Shown here piece after piece: positions 25,789 through 36,600 of a DNA stretch of 46,985 nt (within the stretch, counting starts at the first letter, position 1; each line of letters starts with the position of its first letter). The notes below the pieces were generated by a model. It was not told where the DNA came from. It did not search any database and worked only from the letters and a program-made list of their open reading frames with translations. Source of the stretch: an uncultured Candidatus Saccharibacteria bacterium (lineage in GTDB: Bacteria; Patescibacteriota; Minisyncoccia; Phycocordibacterales; Zambryskibacteraceae); NCBI GenBank assembly GCA_964364225.1, contig CAYIKP010000005.1, positions 1-46,985 of the forward strand. The letters are read 5' to 3'. The translations under genes and the position numbers were made by a program.

Positions 25789-25815
25789 ACCGCCGAGAGT
25801 ATTAGTCTCGGCGGT
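25789..25815. terminator. Terminator between convergent smc and DUF5715-like genes
   Basis: accgccgaga-gtattag-tctcggcggt with A/T tracts. Confidence 0.75.
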
Positions 25816-25824
25816 CGCGTTTTT

Positions 25825-26430
25825 CTACTTCTTTTTTTGCGGTGGGTACATGTATGTTTTGAAAACCATTACATGCCACACCCTTTGTCGGTTCTCTTCA
25901 GTCGCCTCTATGAGGCCTTTCTTCTCATTTATAAGAAGACGAGAACGAATAAAGTTTTGTTCCTTCTTTGTTAGTCCAATGCGCGTGATATCTACCGCGG
26001 AACCAGTTAGGTGAACTGATGCCTTTGGTCCTTTCGTTGCGGCAGCGTTTGAGTTTGTTTGCTGAAGCTCACGCTGTGTTTTGATATCTCGCACACAAGA
26101 ATTGACCCGCAGCGGCTTCTTAAATTCCTTTTGGAATCTCGCACCGAGATCCTTAAGAAATTTAACAGCCCACGGGCGACAAAGACGACGATGTTCTTCA
26201 AGTCGTGAATCGACAACAACGCTGTTTGGGTCGTTTGGGATTGGTACCAATAGTCCGCCACTCCTAAACTTTTCAATCTCAGCTCTATCTTTGATACGGC
26301 TCAAATTCTCGTGATCTGCTATGGCGTTTTGTCTCTCCATAGAGTACGGTGAGCCACGTAGACTCGGTTGTCCTACAGCCTTAGAGGCAAGCAGGACGAC
26401 TGCCAACAAAACAAAAAAGACTTGTCGCAT
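25825..26430 (-). CDS. Secreted DUF5715-like (M15/LAS-type metallopeptidase fold) protein
   Basis: Signal peptide; NSCVR..TQREL...NSNAA...SVHLTGSAVDI, WHVMV; GGAGG SD; TTGACT-17-GATAAT promoter inside the rnr 3' end. Confidence 0.7.
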   Translation of the reverse strand: MRQVFFVLLAVVLLASKAVGQPSLRGSPYSMERQNAIADHENLSRIKDRAEIEKFRSGGLLVPIPNDPNSVVVDSRLEEHRRLCRPWAVKFLKDLGARFQKEFKKPLRVNSCVRDIKTQRELQQTNSNAAATKGPKASVHLTGSAVDITRIGLTKKEQNFIRSRLLINEKKGLIEATEENRQRVWHVMVFKTYMYPPQKKK

Positions 26431-26477
26431 ACATGCCTCCAAGTAGAAGTAAAAGAACCGATCCGAATAATATTATC

Positions 26478-28430
26478 CTATTCTGCTAGGATAAAGTCAA
26501 GTTGTTTGCGTTCTGGATCCGCAGCAATTAACTTTACTTTTATTTTGTCGCTCAATGAATATTTTTTCTTTGAGTTTTGGCCAACAACAGCATAATTTTT
26601 CTGATCCAATTGGTAAAAATCATCTTTCAAATCTTTTAATTTCACCATTCCTTCTGCTTTCGTCTCTACTTCTTCAACATAAATACCCCATTCAGAAACC
26701 CCTGAAATTGTAGCCGTAAATATTTCCCCAACACGCTTTTCCAAAAATTCCACCTGCTTTAACTTTATTGAATTTCTTTCTGCTTCAGATGCATTTACCT
26801 CACGCTCCGATGTGTATTCACAAATCTTCTGAAACTTTGCATATTCATCTTGGCCAATTGCACCATTTGTTAACTCTCTCTGGAGAAGACGGTGTACCAC
26901 GGTGTCTGGGTATCTACGGATAGGAGATGTGAAGTGAGTATAAAAATCGAATGCCAAACCAAAGTGTCCTATGTTGTTTGTTGAATAAATAGCTTTTGCC
27001 ATTGAGCGTACCGCTGCCACCTTTATCATTGTTTCAGAAGGGGAGCCAGTAACCTCTTTTAGAACCCTTTGGATATCTTGAACAGTTGCAACTCCCTTCT
27101 TGTGACGAAGTTCAAAGCCGAGCGCTTTCAAAAACGTGGCAAGGTTTTCTATTTTTTCTGGGTCTGGAGTGTCGTGAATGCGGTATATCATTGGAGCGCC
27201 GTTTTTCTTCTCCATTTTTTCATACATATGTTTAGCAACTTCTCTATTTGCTAAAAGCATAAAATCCTCAACAAGTTTGTGGGTATCTTTGCGAACTTTT
27301 TTGAAAACTTTTATAGGGCGACCCAAATCATCAAGTTCAAACTTGATTTCTTCTGTTTCAAAATCAATTGCGCCATTTTTTTGTTTTTCTTTTCGAAGCC
27401 CTTCAGCCAATGCTTTTAGTGTGTTTAATTCTTTCAAAAATGGTCCGTTTTGAGTGTCTAATACCCCTTGCGCCTCTTCGTATGTAAATCTTTTATCTGA
27501 ATTAATTATTGTTTTGCCAAACCATCTATTTTGGACTACACCTCTAGAATTCATTGTAAAAATTGCAGAAAAAGACAGCTTTGGCTCATTGGGATTAAGT
27601 GAGCAAAGTTCATTTGAAAGAATTTCTGGAAGCATGGGAATAGTTCGATCCACCAAATAAATAGAAGTGGCTCTTTTGTATGCTTCGGCATCTAGTTTTG
27701 TACCTTCAACTACGAAATGAGAAACATCTGCGATGTGAATTCCGATCTCGAAAGTGCCATCTTCATTTTCTTTGATTGAAAGCGCATCATCAAAATCTTT
27801 TGCATCAGCTGGATCTATTGTGAAAGCTGTTATGTCTCTATAATCTCTGCGTCCAAATTTTTCAGGGTTTTCTAAAGTTTCAGCTAGTTCTTTCTTTTCA
27901 TAATTATCTTTTATATTTTTTGCTTCCACTTCTACGTCTTTTGGAAAGTCTGTCTCAAAACCAGACTCTAAAACAATTGAAAGCATCTCTGTGTTGTGTT
28001 CACCTTTTTTTCCAATCACCCTTATTACTTCTCCAATTGGGGCTTTTGAGCCATCGCCCCAAGAAGTTATTTGTACCTGCACTTTATCTTTATCTTTTGC
28101 GCCAAGAGATTTTTCTGAATCAACAAAAATATCTTTGTACATCCGCTTGTCATCGGGAATCACAAAGATAAGATTCTTACCCTTTACTTCTTCTACAGTG
28201 CCTACAAACTTTTCTTTCCTTCTTTCAATAATAGAAATCACTTCTGCTTGGGATTTGTTGTAGCTAGATTTTGTGCCCAACGCCCTTATTTCTACCGTAT
28301 CGCCATGAAGGGCTCCTTTCATTTTTTCGGGAGCAATTTCAAGGTCGCCATCTTCATTGTTTAGTCTACGGAAATAGCCCACCCCTCGGGAGGTGGCAAT
28401 AATAGGGCCGGTTAGCAATTCTTCTGACAT
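26478..28430 (-). CDS. rnr: Ribonuclease R
   Basis: FTIDPADAKDFDDALS, HIADVSHFV, HFTSPIRRYPD, C-terminal S1 domain. Confidence 0.94.
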   Translation of the reverse strand: MSEELLTGPIIATSRGVGYFRRLNNEDGDLEIAPEKMKGALHGDTVEIRALGTKSSYNKSQAEVISIIERRKEKFVGTVEEVKGKNLIFVIPDDKRMYKDIFVDSEKSLGAKDKDKVQVQITSWGDGSKAPIGEVIRVIGKKGEHNTEMLSIVLESGFETDFPKDVEVEAKNIKDNYEKKELAETLENPEKFGRRDYRDITAFTIDPADAKDFDDALSIKENEDGTFEIGIHIADVSHFVVEGTKLDAEAYKRATSIYLVDRTIPMLPEILSNELCSLNPNEPKLSFSAIFTMNSRGVVQNRWFGKTIINSDKRFTYEEAQGVLDTQNGPFLKELNTLKALAEGLRKEKQKNGAIDFETEEIKFELDDLGRPIKVFKKVRKDTHKLVEDFMLLANREVAKHMYEKMEKKNGAPMIYRIHDTPDPEKIENLATFLKALGFELRHKKGVATVQDIQRVLKEVTGSPSETMIKVAAVRSMAKAIYSTNNIGHFGLAFDFYTHFTSPIRRYPDTVVHRLLQRELTNGAIGQDEYAKFQKICEYTSEREVNASEAERNSIKLKQVEFLEKRVGEIFTATISGVSEWGIYVEEVETKAEGMVKLKDLKDDFYQLDQKNYAVVGQNSKKKYSLSDKIKVKLIAADPERKQLDFILAE

Positions 28431-28446
28431 TTAGAAAACTATACCA

Positions 28447-28495
28447 TCCCATACGAAACAGCGGTAATGATAAACATTACCTGTTTCTAACGGGA
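28447..28495. repeat. Short degenerate relative of element E1
   Basis: acctgtttctaacggga (28479-28495) is identical to the 3' end of E1; pairs imperfectly with tcccatacgaaacagcggtaatg. Confidence 0.6.
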
Positions 28496-28540
28496 CGAGG
28501 ATATTGCACGAACTCTTAAATCTGGTACTATTGCCTGACA

Positions 28541-28834
28541 ATGTTAATGATAAGACTTCAGCGAGTAGGAAGAAAACACGAGACGGCATTTCGTCTTGTT
28601 TTGACCGACAAGCAAAATTCCACTAAATCCGGAAGGTATTTGAAGGTATTAGGTAGCTATGACCCTAGTAAGAAAACAGAGCATTTTGATGCTGAAAACA
28701 TAAAAAAGGCCATATCTCATGGTGCAAAGCTATCAATTACAGCAAATAATCTCCTTATTACTCACGGAATTATAGAGGGGACTAAGTTAAACGCTCAGCC
28801 AAGAAGAACTCCTAAAGAAAAGAAAGCTAAGTAA
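28541..28834 (+). CDS. rpsP: 30S ribosomal protein S16
   Basis: MLMIRLQRVGRKH..FRLV, LGSYDP, GAKLS. Confidence 0.95.
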   Translation: MLMIRLQRVGRKHETAFRLVLTDKQNSTKSGRYLKVLGSYDPSKKTEHFDAENIKKAISHGAKLSITANNLLITHGIIEGTKLNAQPRRTPKEKKAK

Positions 28835-28838
28835 AGAT

Positions 28839-28986
28839 CGCTCAGGATATTCCCTGAAAAGAGCACGAAAATTTTCTGCTGAAAATTTTCTCTGTCCGTC
28901 GCCGCCGCTCCTACCAAGGCTTTTTCAGGGAACATCCCTCGCTCTAAGTGTTGATTCAGCGAAGCTATTTAGCTCGCTTTAAAGTT
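28839..28986. repeat. Two tandem hairpins of the CGCTC...CTCGCT family (after rpsP)
   Basis: cgctc-a-ggatattccctgaaaagagc / gctttttcagggaacatcc-ctcgct, then ctaagtg/tatttag-ctcgctttaaagtt. Confidence 0.7.
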
Positions 28987-29014
28987 ATAAAGATGTTGTG
29001 TTAAAATTATTGAT

Positions 29015-29338
29015 ATGGAAAAAGACCAGGAATTTCTTGATTATGTAGTAAAGGGATTAGTTGATCACCCAGAGGATGTTAAAACTGAAAGAACCGTGGA
29101 TGAAATGGGCGTGCTCTTAAGACTTTCTGTTCATCCTGACGATATGCGAAAGATAATTGGTAGGGAAGGAAAGACGGCGAACGCCATGAGAATACTTTTG
29201 CGTGTAGTTGGCATGAAGAACAACGCTCGTGTGAATTTGAAAATAAATGAACCAGAAGGCTCAACCAGAATGATGAATAATGATAGAAACGGAGGAATGA
29301 AAGATTTTGATCAAGCAATAGATGACTTAAGATTATAA
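29015..29338 (+). CDS. khpA: KH-domain RNA-binding protein KhpA
   Basis: LVDHPEDV, VHPDDMRKIIGREGKTANAMR; rpsP-KH-trmD synteny. Confidence 0.88.
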   Translation: MEKDQEFLDYVVKGLVDHPEDVKTERTVDEMGVLLRLSVHPDDMRKIIGREGKTANAMRILLRVVGMKNNARVNLKINEPEGSTRMMNNDRNGGMKDFDQAIDDLRL

Positions 29339-29342
29339 AGAA

Positions 29343-29367
29343 CGAACCCCTACAAAGTAGGGGTTCG
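29343..29367. terminator. Hairpin terminator between convergent genes
   Basis: cgaacccctac-aaa-gtaggggttcg. Confidence 0.7.
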
Positions 29368-29532
29368 GGAGTTGTTCCGATACGGAGGGGTGAACAGGTT
29401 GATGGCCACGGCAACCATGATCCTCATGAAGATTGGGAAGCCGATGGATTCCTTCGGGTGCATGAGCCGGTCGATTCCGGCTCCAACAGCGAAGGAGCAT
29501 ACGGTTAACGCCAAGCGATGGGTCAGACGCAT
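29350..29532 (-). CDS. Small membrane protein (60 aa)
   Basis: GAGGTG SD, TTGACT-17-TAGGAT promoter, two hydrophobic segments, higher GC than neighbours. Confidence 0.55.
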   Translation of the reverse strand: MRLTHRLALTVCSFAVGAGIDRLMHPKESIGFPIFMRIMVAVAINLFTPPYRNNSRTPTL

Positions 29533-29557
29533 GAGAGTCACCTCAGGTTGTAGTCTT

Positions 29558-29591
29558 TTGACATCCTAGCATAAATAATGTATAAAGTCAA
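29558..29591. promoter_or_regulatory. Overlapping divergent sigma70 promoters
   Basis: + strand TTGACA-17-TATAAA (trmD); - strand TTGACT-17-TAGGAT (small gene). Confidence 0.65.
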
Positions 29592-29593
29592 GT

Positions 29594-30235
29594 ATGAATT
29601 TTCATTTTGTAACACTTTTTCCAAATGCATTTAAAAGCTACCTCGGGGAGTCTATTATTTCGCGCGCAATTAAAGATAAAAAAATATCTGCAAAGTTTTA
29701 CAATCCTCGCAACTACACAAAAGATAAATATGGAAGAGTGGATAGAAAACCATATGGCGGAGGCCCAGGGATGGTGTTGGAAGCAGAGTCTGTGGGGAAG
29801 GCAATTGCCAATGCAGTAAAGAAGTCAAATAGCAAAAAAACAAAGATTATTTTCTTTTCTCCATCAGGAACTCAATTTACAAATACTTATGCAGAAAATT
29901 TAGCAAAAAAGTATAGAAATATAATTTTTGTGTGTGGCAGATACGAGGGAATTGATGCCCGCGTAAAGAAAATGTTCAAAATGGAAGAGGTTTCTGTTGG
30001 TCCATATGTGCTTACTGGGGGAGAGCTTCCAGCAATGATCGTAATGGATTCTGTCGCAAGGCGCGTTAAAAGTGTATTGGGAAAAATTGAATCTTTAGAG
30101 GAAAACAGAGTAGCAGGGAAGGACGTATACACTCGTCCTGAAGTTTTGGTGTGGAAGGGTAAAAAGTTAAAAGTGCCAAAAGTGCTTCTTTCAGGACACC
30201 ACAAAAATATTGATGAGTATCGAAAAGGAGGATAA
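29594..30235 (+). CDS. trmD: tRNA (guanine-N1)-methyltransferase
   Basis: VDRKPYGGGPGMV, CGRYEGIDAR, SVGPYVLTGGELPAM, VPKVLLSGHH. Confidence 0.96.
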   Translation: MNFHFVTLFPNAFKSYLGESIISRAIKDKKISAKFYNPRNYTKDKYGRVDRKPYGGGPGMVLEAESVGKAIANAVKKSNSKKTKIIFFSPSGTQFTNTYAENLAKKYRNIIFVCGRYEGIDARVKKMFKMEEVSVGPYVLTGGELPAMIVMDSVARRVKSVLGKIESLEENRVAGKDVYTRPEVLVWKGKKLKVPKVLLSGHHKNIDEYRKGG

Positions 30236-30240
30236 GGGGC

Positions 30241-30269
30241 TAGACAGATAAAGGATACTAGTTTATACT
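30241..30269 (+). promoter_or_regulatory. Probable rpoB promoter with ~135-nt leader
   Basis: TAGACA-17-TATACT. Confidence 0.6.
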
Positions 30270-30411
30270 CTCCCTTACCTCGACAGATTGAGTAATGGTA
30301 TCCGGGGGTGCGAACGGGCCGAGAGACTCTTCTCTCCAAAAAGTTTAAAAAAGTAAAAATTTAGAAGCGATAAAACTGAGTCCCAAAAGGGCCAGCGGGT
30401 TTATTTTTTTT

Positions 30412-33400
30412 ATGACAAAAACTATGGAAAAAAGACTTCCTGTGGGCGCATTCCCAAAGAAAGTCTTCGGAAAGTACAAAAAGCCCCTAGTTGAGGTTCC
30501 TAATCTTGTGGAGCTTCAATTAAAAAGCTTTAATTGGCTTCTCAAAGAAGGTTTGAAAGAAGTGTTTGATGAATTCAAAACCATCAAGGATTTCACTGGC
30601 AAGAAATTTGAACTTCAGTTCCTATCTTTCGAACTTGCGGAACCAAAGACAGATGAATATTTTGCTAAAAACCAGAAAGCCTCATTTGAGGCTCCTCTTA
30701 AGGCACGAGTGAGATTAAAGAACCTTCATTTGGGAACCGTAAAAGAGCAAGAGATTTTTATGGCAGATTTTCCTTTGATGACCCCTCATGGAACTTTTGT
30801 TATCTCTGGTATTGAAAGAGTTATAGTTCCACAGTTGGCACGCTCATATGGCGTGTTTTTTACTGTTAACGATCTTAAAACCAAAAAACAATTTGGTGCA
30901 AAAATAATTCCTTCTCGTGGCGCTTGGCTTGAATTTGAGACTGATCAAGACGGTGTTATCTATGTTCGTATAGATAAAAAGAGAAAATTCCCCGTAACAA
31001 CTCTAATAAGAGCATTTGGTGCAGGAACTGATGCAGAAATTAAGAAACTCTTTAGCAAGGTGGAGGGTGCAGAACACTTCATTACAAAAACTCTCGCAAA
31101 AGATCACTCTAAAAATACAGATGAAGCATGTGTTGAAATTCACAGAAGACTTCGTGATGGTGATTTAGCTACTGTTGAAAATGCCCGTGAATTCGTGAAG
31201 TCAATTTTTGATCCAGAAAGATATGACCTTTCAAGAGTAGGTCGTTACAGATTTAATAATCGTTTTCACAAGAAAACAGGAGACATTGAGGTCGAAAGAA
31301 AAACTTTAAACCTTGAAGATGTTCAAACAATTCTTTCTCACATTGTTTACCTAAACATTACTCCCGGATCAGAAGGAGACGACATTGATCACTTAGGCTC
31401 ACGCAGAGTGCGCGCCGTTGGAGAGCTTTTCCAGCAAAAGATTCGCGTTGGAATGGCACAAATAAAGAGAAATATTCAGAACAGAATGTCGGTTGTTGAT
31501 ACTGATGTAACATTGCCGGTGCAATTTATTTCACCAAAACCTCTTCAGGCTCGTATAAAAGAATTCTTTACCACAAACCAGCTTTCTCAATTCATGCAGC
31601 AAACCAATGCTCTTGAAGAACAGGAACATCTAAGAACTCTTTCTGCCCTTGGTCCTGGAGGCTTGAATCGATCTCGTGCAGGTTTTGAAGTACGTGACGT
31701 TCATCCATCTCACTACGGTAGACTTTGTCCAATTCACACCCCAGAAGGCCCAAACATTGGTCTTATTTTACGCCTCTCTGTTTTTGCTCGAGTAAATGAT
31801 TTTGGAATGATCGAAACACCTTACGCAAAAGTAAAGGATGGAAAATTAACAGGAGAAATTATTTATCTAAATGCTCAAGAAGAGGAAGACAACCATATTG
31901 CACACGCCGCAACGGATGTTGATGAAGATGGACACATTGTTTCTGAAGAAGTTGAGGTGCGTCATAAGGGTAATCCTGCAGCAGTTTCTAAAAAACTTGT
32001 TGATTATATTGACGTTGCCACAAACCAAGCATTTTCTATCGCAACCTCAATGATTCCATTCTTAAACCATGATGACTCAACAAGAGCACTGATGGGATCA
32101 AACATGCAGAAACAGGGAACTCCATGCATTCTTCCCGAAGCCCCACTTGTTGCAACAGGAATGGAAGGAGAGGCAGTTAAATACACAGGACGCCTTGTTA
32201 TTGCAGAGGAAGCAGGAACGGTTTCTTATGTAGATGGAAAAGTAATTAAAGTAAAAGGAGAAAAGAAAGAAAAAGAATACAAGCTAGTTAATTTTTCAAG
32301 AACCAATGGATTTACTATTTTCCACCAACGTCCAATTGTGTCTAATGGAGACAAAGTTAAGAAAGGTCAGGTTATAGGAGACACATCAACATCAGATAAT
32401 GGTCAAATGGCATTAGGACAAAATGTTCTTGTTGCCTTTATGTCTTGGACTGGTTGGAACTATGAAGACGCTATTGTTATTTCAGAGAGACTAGTAAGAA
32501 AAAATAAATTTGCATCAATTGATATAAAAGAATTTACCGTTAATGTTCGTGATACAAAATTAGGTCCCGAAGTTACAACTTGCGACATTCCAAATGTTGG
32601 CGAAAATAAACTAAAGAATTTGGCAGAAGATGGAATCGTGCGTGTTGGAGCGGAAGTTCGCCCAGGAGATATTTTGGTTGGTAAAATTACACCAAAAGGC
32701 GAGTCCCAACTTACACCGGAAGAAAGACTTTTGAGATCTCTATTTGGAGAAAAAGCTCGTGACGTGAAAGACACTTCAAAGAGAGTAGAAGGTGGAATGA
32801 GAGGAAGGGTTGTCTCTGTTCAAGTTTTTTCTCGTGAGAAGGGAGATAAGCTTGATTCAGGAATTATAAAAAGAATCCACATTGAAATTGCCGAACTTCG
32901 TTCAGTTACTGTTGGAGATAAGCTAGCAGGACGTCACGGAAACAAGGGCGTTATTTCAAGAATTCTTCCACAAGAAGATATGCCATATATGGCGGACGGT
33001 ACTCCTATTGATATTGTTTTGACTCCACTTGGTGTGCCAAGTCGTATGAACCTAGGACAGATTCTTGAAATGCACTTGGGTCTTGCAGCACATACCCTTA
33101 ATTATCAAGCAATTGTCCCACCATTCGCAGGTGCAACAGATATTGAAATAAAAGAAGAACTTAAAAAAGCTGGTTTTCCAGAGTCAGGAAAAGTAAGGCT
33201 TTTCGATGGAAGAACTGGTGAAAAATTTGAACAAGACACAGCGATTGGTTACATGTATATCTTGAAACTTCACCACATGGTGGAAGATAAAATACACATG
33301 CGTTCAATAGGACCATATTCCTTGATTACTCAGCAGCCATTGGGAGGAAAAGCTCAAAATGGAGGTCAGCGTTTTGGAGAAATGGAAGTGTGGGCACTAC

Positions 33401-33645
33401 TTGGATACGGAGCTTCTTATACACTTCGTGAAATGCTTACTATCAAATCAGACGACATCGTTGGTCGTTCCGCTGCATTCGATTCAATCGTTAAGGGAGA
33501 AAGAATGAAAACTCCCGGAATTCCTGCGTCATTTAATGTGATGCTTCACAATTTGCGCGGGCTCGGTTTGGATATTGTTTTGAAAAAGAAAGGTCTAGCA
33601 GGCAAGTCGGCTGGTCGTAAACCAAAGGAAAAAATAAGCGAATAA
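30412..33645 (+). CDS. rpoB: RNA polymerase beta subunit
   Basis: RDVHPSHYGRLCPIHTPEGPNIG, GDKLAGRHGNKG, GGQRFGEMEVWAL. Confidence 0.98.
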   Translation: MTKTMEKRLPVGAFPKKVFGKYKKPLVEVPNLVELQLKSFNWLLKEGLKEVFDEFKTIKDFTGKKFELQFLSFELAEPKTDEYFAKNQKASFEAPLKARVRLKNLHLGTVKEQEIFMADFPLMTPHGTFVISGIERVIVPQLARSYGVFFTVNDLKTKKQFGAKIIPSRGAWLEFETDQDGVIYVRIDKKRKFPVTTLIRAFGAGTDAEIKKLFSKVEGAEHFITKTLAKDHSKNTDEACVEIHRRLRDGDLATVENAREFVKSIFDPERYDLSRVGRYRFNNRFHKKTGDIEVERKTLNLEDVQTILSHIVYLNITPGSEGDDIDHLGSRRVRAVGELFQQKIRVGMAQIKRNIQNRMSVVDTDVTLPVQFISPKPLQARIKEFFTTNQLSQFMQQTNALEEQEHLRTLSALGPGGLNRSRAGFEVRDVHPSHYGRLCPIHTPEGPNIGLILRLSVFARVNDFGMIETPYAKVKDGKLTGEIIYLNAQEEEDNHIAHAATDVDEDGHIVSEEVEVRHKGNPAAVSKKLVDYIDVATNQAFSIATSMIPFLNHDDSTRALMGSNMQKQGTPCILPEAPLVATGMEGEAVKYTGRLVIAEEAGTVSYVDGKVIKVKGEKKEKEYKLVNFSRTNGFTIFHQRPIVSNGDKVKKGQVIGDTSTSDNGQMALGQNVLVAFMSWTGWNYEDAIVISERLVRKNKFASIDIKEFTVNVRDTKLGPEVTTCDIPNVGENKLKNLAEDGIVRVGAEVRPGDILVGKITPKGESQLTPEERLLRSLFGEKARDVKDTSKRVEGGMRGRVVSVQVFSREKGDKLDSGIIKRIHIEIAELRSVTVGDKLAGRHGNKGVISRILPQEDMPYMADGTPIDIVLTPLGVPSRMNLGQILEMHLGLAAHTLNYQAIVPPFAGATDIEIKEELKKAGFPESGKVRLFDGRTGEKFEQDTAIGYMYILKLHHMVEDKIHMRSIGPYSLITQQPLGGKAQNGGQRFGEMEVWALLGYGASYTLREMLTIKSDDIVGRSAAFDSIVKGERMKTPGIPASFNVMLHNLRGLGLDIVLKKKGLAGKSAGRKPKEKISE

Positions 33646-33654
33646 AACAAAACC

Positions 33655-36600
33655 ATGATAAATACTAAAACACAAAAAGATTACCAAATTACAGATTTCG
33701 ACACAGTTGAACTTCGTTTGGCCTCCCCTGACCGTATTAAAGATTGGTCTTATGGAGAAGTTACAAAACCAGAAACAATCAACTATAGAACTCAAAGATC
33801 AGAAAGAAATGGTTTGTTCGATGAAAAAATCTTTGGTCCAGATAAGGACTTTGAATGTTATTGCGGTAAATACAGAGGAATTAGATACAAGGGAATAGTT
33901 TGTGAGAAATGTGGAGTTGAGATTACTCGCTCGATTGTTCGCCGTGAAAGAATGGGACACATTGAGTTAGCTGCCCCTGTTTGTCATATTTGGTTTTTGA
34001 AATCAATGCCATCTAGACTTGCACTCATCACTGGAGTTCCATCTGGAGACTTGGAAAAAGTTATTTACTTTGCTGGATACATTGTTACTAAGGTTAATAT
34101 CTCTGAAAAAGATAGAATTCTTAAAGACCTAGATTCAGAGTTCAAAGCAAAAGTAAAATCACTTCAAGACGATAAATCAAAAGAACATCTAAAAGGACTC
34201 TTTCAGGAAACAAAAAAAGACATCGAATCTATTGCTGTTGGAAAAGTGTTAGATGAAGTTGCATACCATAATTTCTCAATGAAATATGCGACTCTCTTTG
34301 AGGCCTCTATTGGCTCTGAGCCGTTGTTTGAAATGTTAAAGAATCTTGACCTCAAAAAACTTTTAGCAGAATTGGAAGTAAATATTGAAAAGGCCTCCGC
34401 AGCAGAAACAGCAAAGCTTACAAAAAGAATTTCACTCATAAGGCATATGGTTTTGAATGGTATTCGTCCAGAGTGGATGTTCTTAATTCGTATTCCTGTT
34501 ATTCCACCAGCACTTCGCCCAATGGTGCCACTTGATGGTGGGCGCTATGCAACATCTGATGTAAACGATCTTTACAGAAGAGTGATCAACAGAAATAATC
34601 GTTTGAAGAAATTGAAGGATATTAATGCCCCTGACGTAATTCTTAGAAATGAAAAAAGAATTCTTCAAGAGGCAGTAGATGCACTTATTGATAACACCAT
34701 TAGACACTCTGGTGGAGCAGGTGCTGTTAATCAAAGCCAAAGAAGACCATTAAAGAGCTTGTCAGACAACTTAAAAGGAAAGCGCGGTTTATTTAGACAA
34801 AACCTACTTGGAAAAAGAGTGGACTATTCTGGCCGTTCTGTGATTGTTGTTGGTCCAGAATTGGAACTAAATGAATGCGGTCTTCCAAAACACATGGCGC
34901 TTGAATTATTCAAACCTTTTGTTATTGCAGAACTTTTGAAAAGAGAGCTTGCATATAACATTCGTGGAGCAGGACGTTTAATTGAAGATGGAATACCAGA
35001 AGTTTGGGCAATTCTAGAAGATATTATTAAAGATAGGTACGTACTTCTAAACCGCGCACCTACTCTTCACCGCTTGTCTATTCAGGCGTTTAAACCAGTG
35101 CTTATTGAAGGAAACGCTATCCAAGTTCACCCACTTGTATGTACTGCTTTCAACGCAGACTTCGATGGAGATCAAATGGCTGTTCATGTTCCACTTTCTC
35201 CAGAAGCTCAACTTGAGGCTAAAGAGGTAATGGCGTCAGATAAAAATATCTTAAAGCCCGGTTCAGGAGAGCCAACAGTAATTTCTAAACTTCTTGATGT
35301 TGTATTGGGTGCTTTCTGGATGACAAAAGATGTGAGTGGTGAAAAGGGTGAAGGAAAAATATTCGATAGACCAAACAGTGCAATTCTTGCTTATGACTTC
35401 GGCGAACTTTCTTTGCGAGCAAAAATAAAAGTTCGTGGAAAGACAGACACTGCAAAGTATGCAGAGTTTAAAGAAGGACTTTTTGAAACAACTGTTGGCA
35501 GACTTTTGTTCAACTCTGTTTTACCTCCTGACTATCCGTTTGTGAATATGGCGATAGATAGAAAGAAAATGTCAGCAATGTTTGAAAATCTTATTGCTGT
35601 TTATGGAATAGGTGCAATTCCAGGTATCTTGGACAAGATTAAGGCATTCTCATTCAAATATGCGCTTCATTCAGGTATTACTTGGGGAATTGATGATGTG
35701 AAAATTCCAGATGGAAAAGGAGTTGTTGTTGAAGCTGCACTCAAAAGGGCCAATGCAATTAAGGAAGAATTTAACCAAGGTCTTATTTCAGAAGAAGAGC
35801 GTTTAGAAAAGAATGTAGAAATATGGCAGTCCGCAAAGGCAGAGGTGGAAAAGCTTCTTCCTCAAACTCTAGGCAACACTGATTCTGTAAATGACATGAT
35901 TCAATCTGGTGCCCGCGGATCTATTTCAAACATCACACAAATGGTTGGTATGAAGGGGCTTATTACTAACACCCAAGGAGAGACAATTGAATTTCCAATC
36001 ATTTCTTGTATGAAGGAAGGGTTGACTCCGATTGAATACTTCATTACTACTCACGGATCAAGAAAGGGTCTCACTGACACAGCACTTAACACAGCTCGAG
36101 CAGGATATCTCACAAGAAAACTCTTTGATGTTTCTCAAGACATTATTGTTACTGAAGAAGATTGTGGTACTAAAAAGGGAATAGTAATTTCTACTGAATC
36201 TGCATCAGGTATTGAACTTTCTCTAGTAAAAATCCTAAAAGGGAGATTCTTAGCAGAAGATATTGTTGATCAAAAAGGTGAAGTAGTCTTTAAAAGAGAT
36301 CACTTTATAACAAAGCAAGACGCGGAAAAAGTGGCGCTGTTGGGAGTAAAAAATGTAATAGTTCGCTCTCCTATGTCCTGTGCATCTATAAAGGGTGTAT
36401 GTAAACACTGCTATGGTGTTGACTTAGGTAAAAACGAAATTATTGATTTAGGTGAAGCAGTGGGTACTGTTGCAGCCCAAGCAATTGGTGAACCAGGTAC
36501 ACAACTTACAATGAGAACATTTCACGCTGGAGGTATTGCGTCAGCTGGAGGAGACATCACTCAAGGTCTTCCTCGTGTTGAGGAATTATTTGAAAACAGA

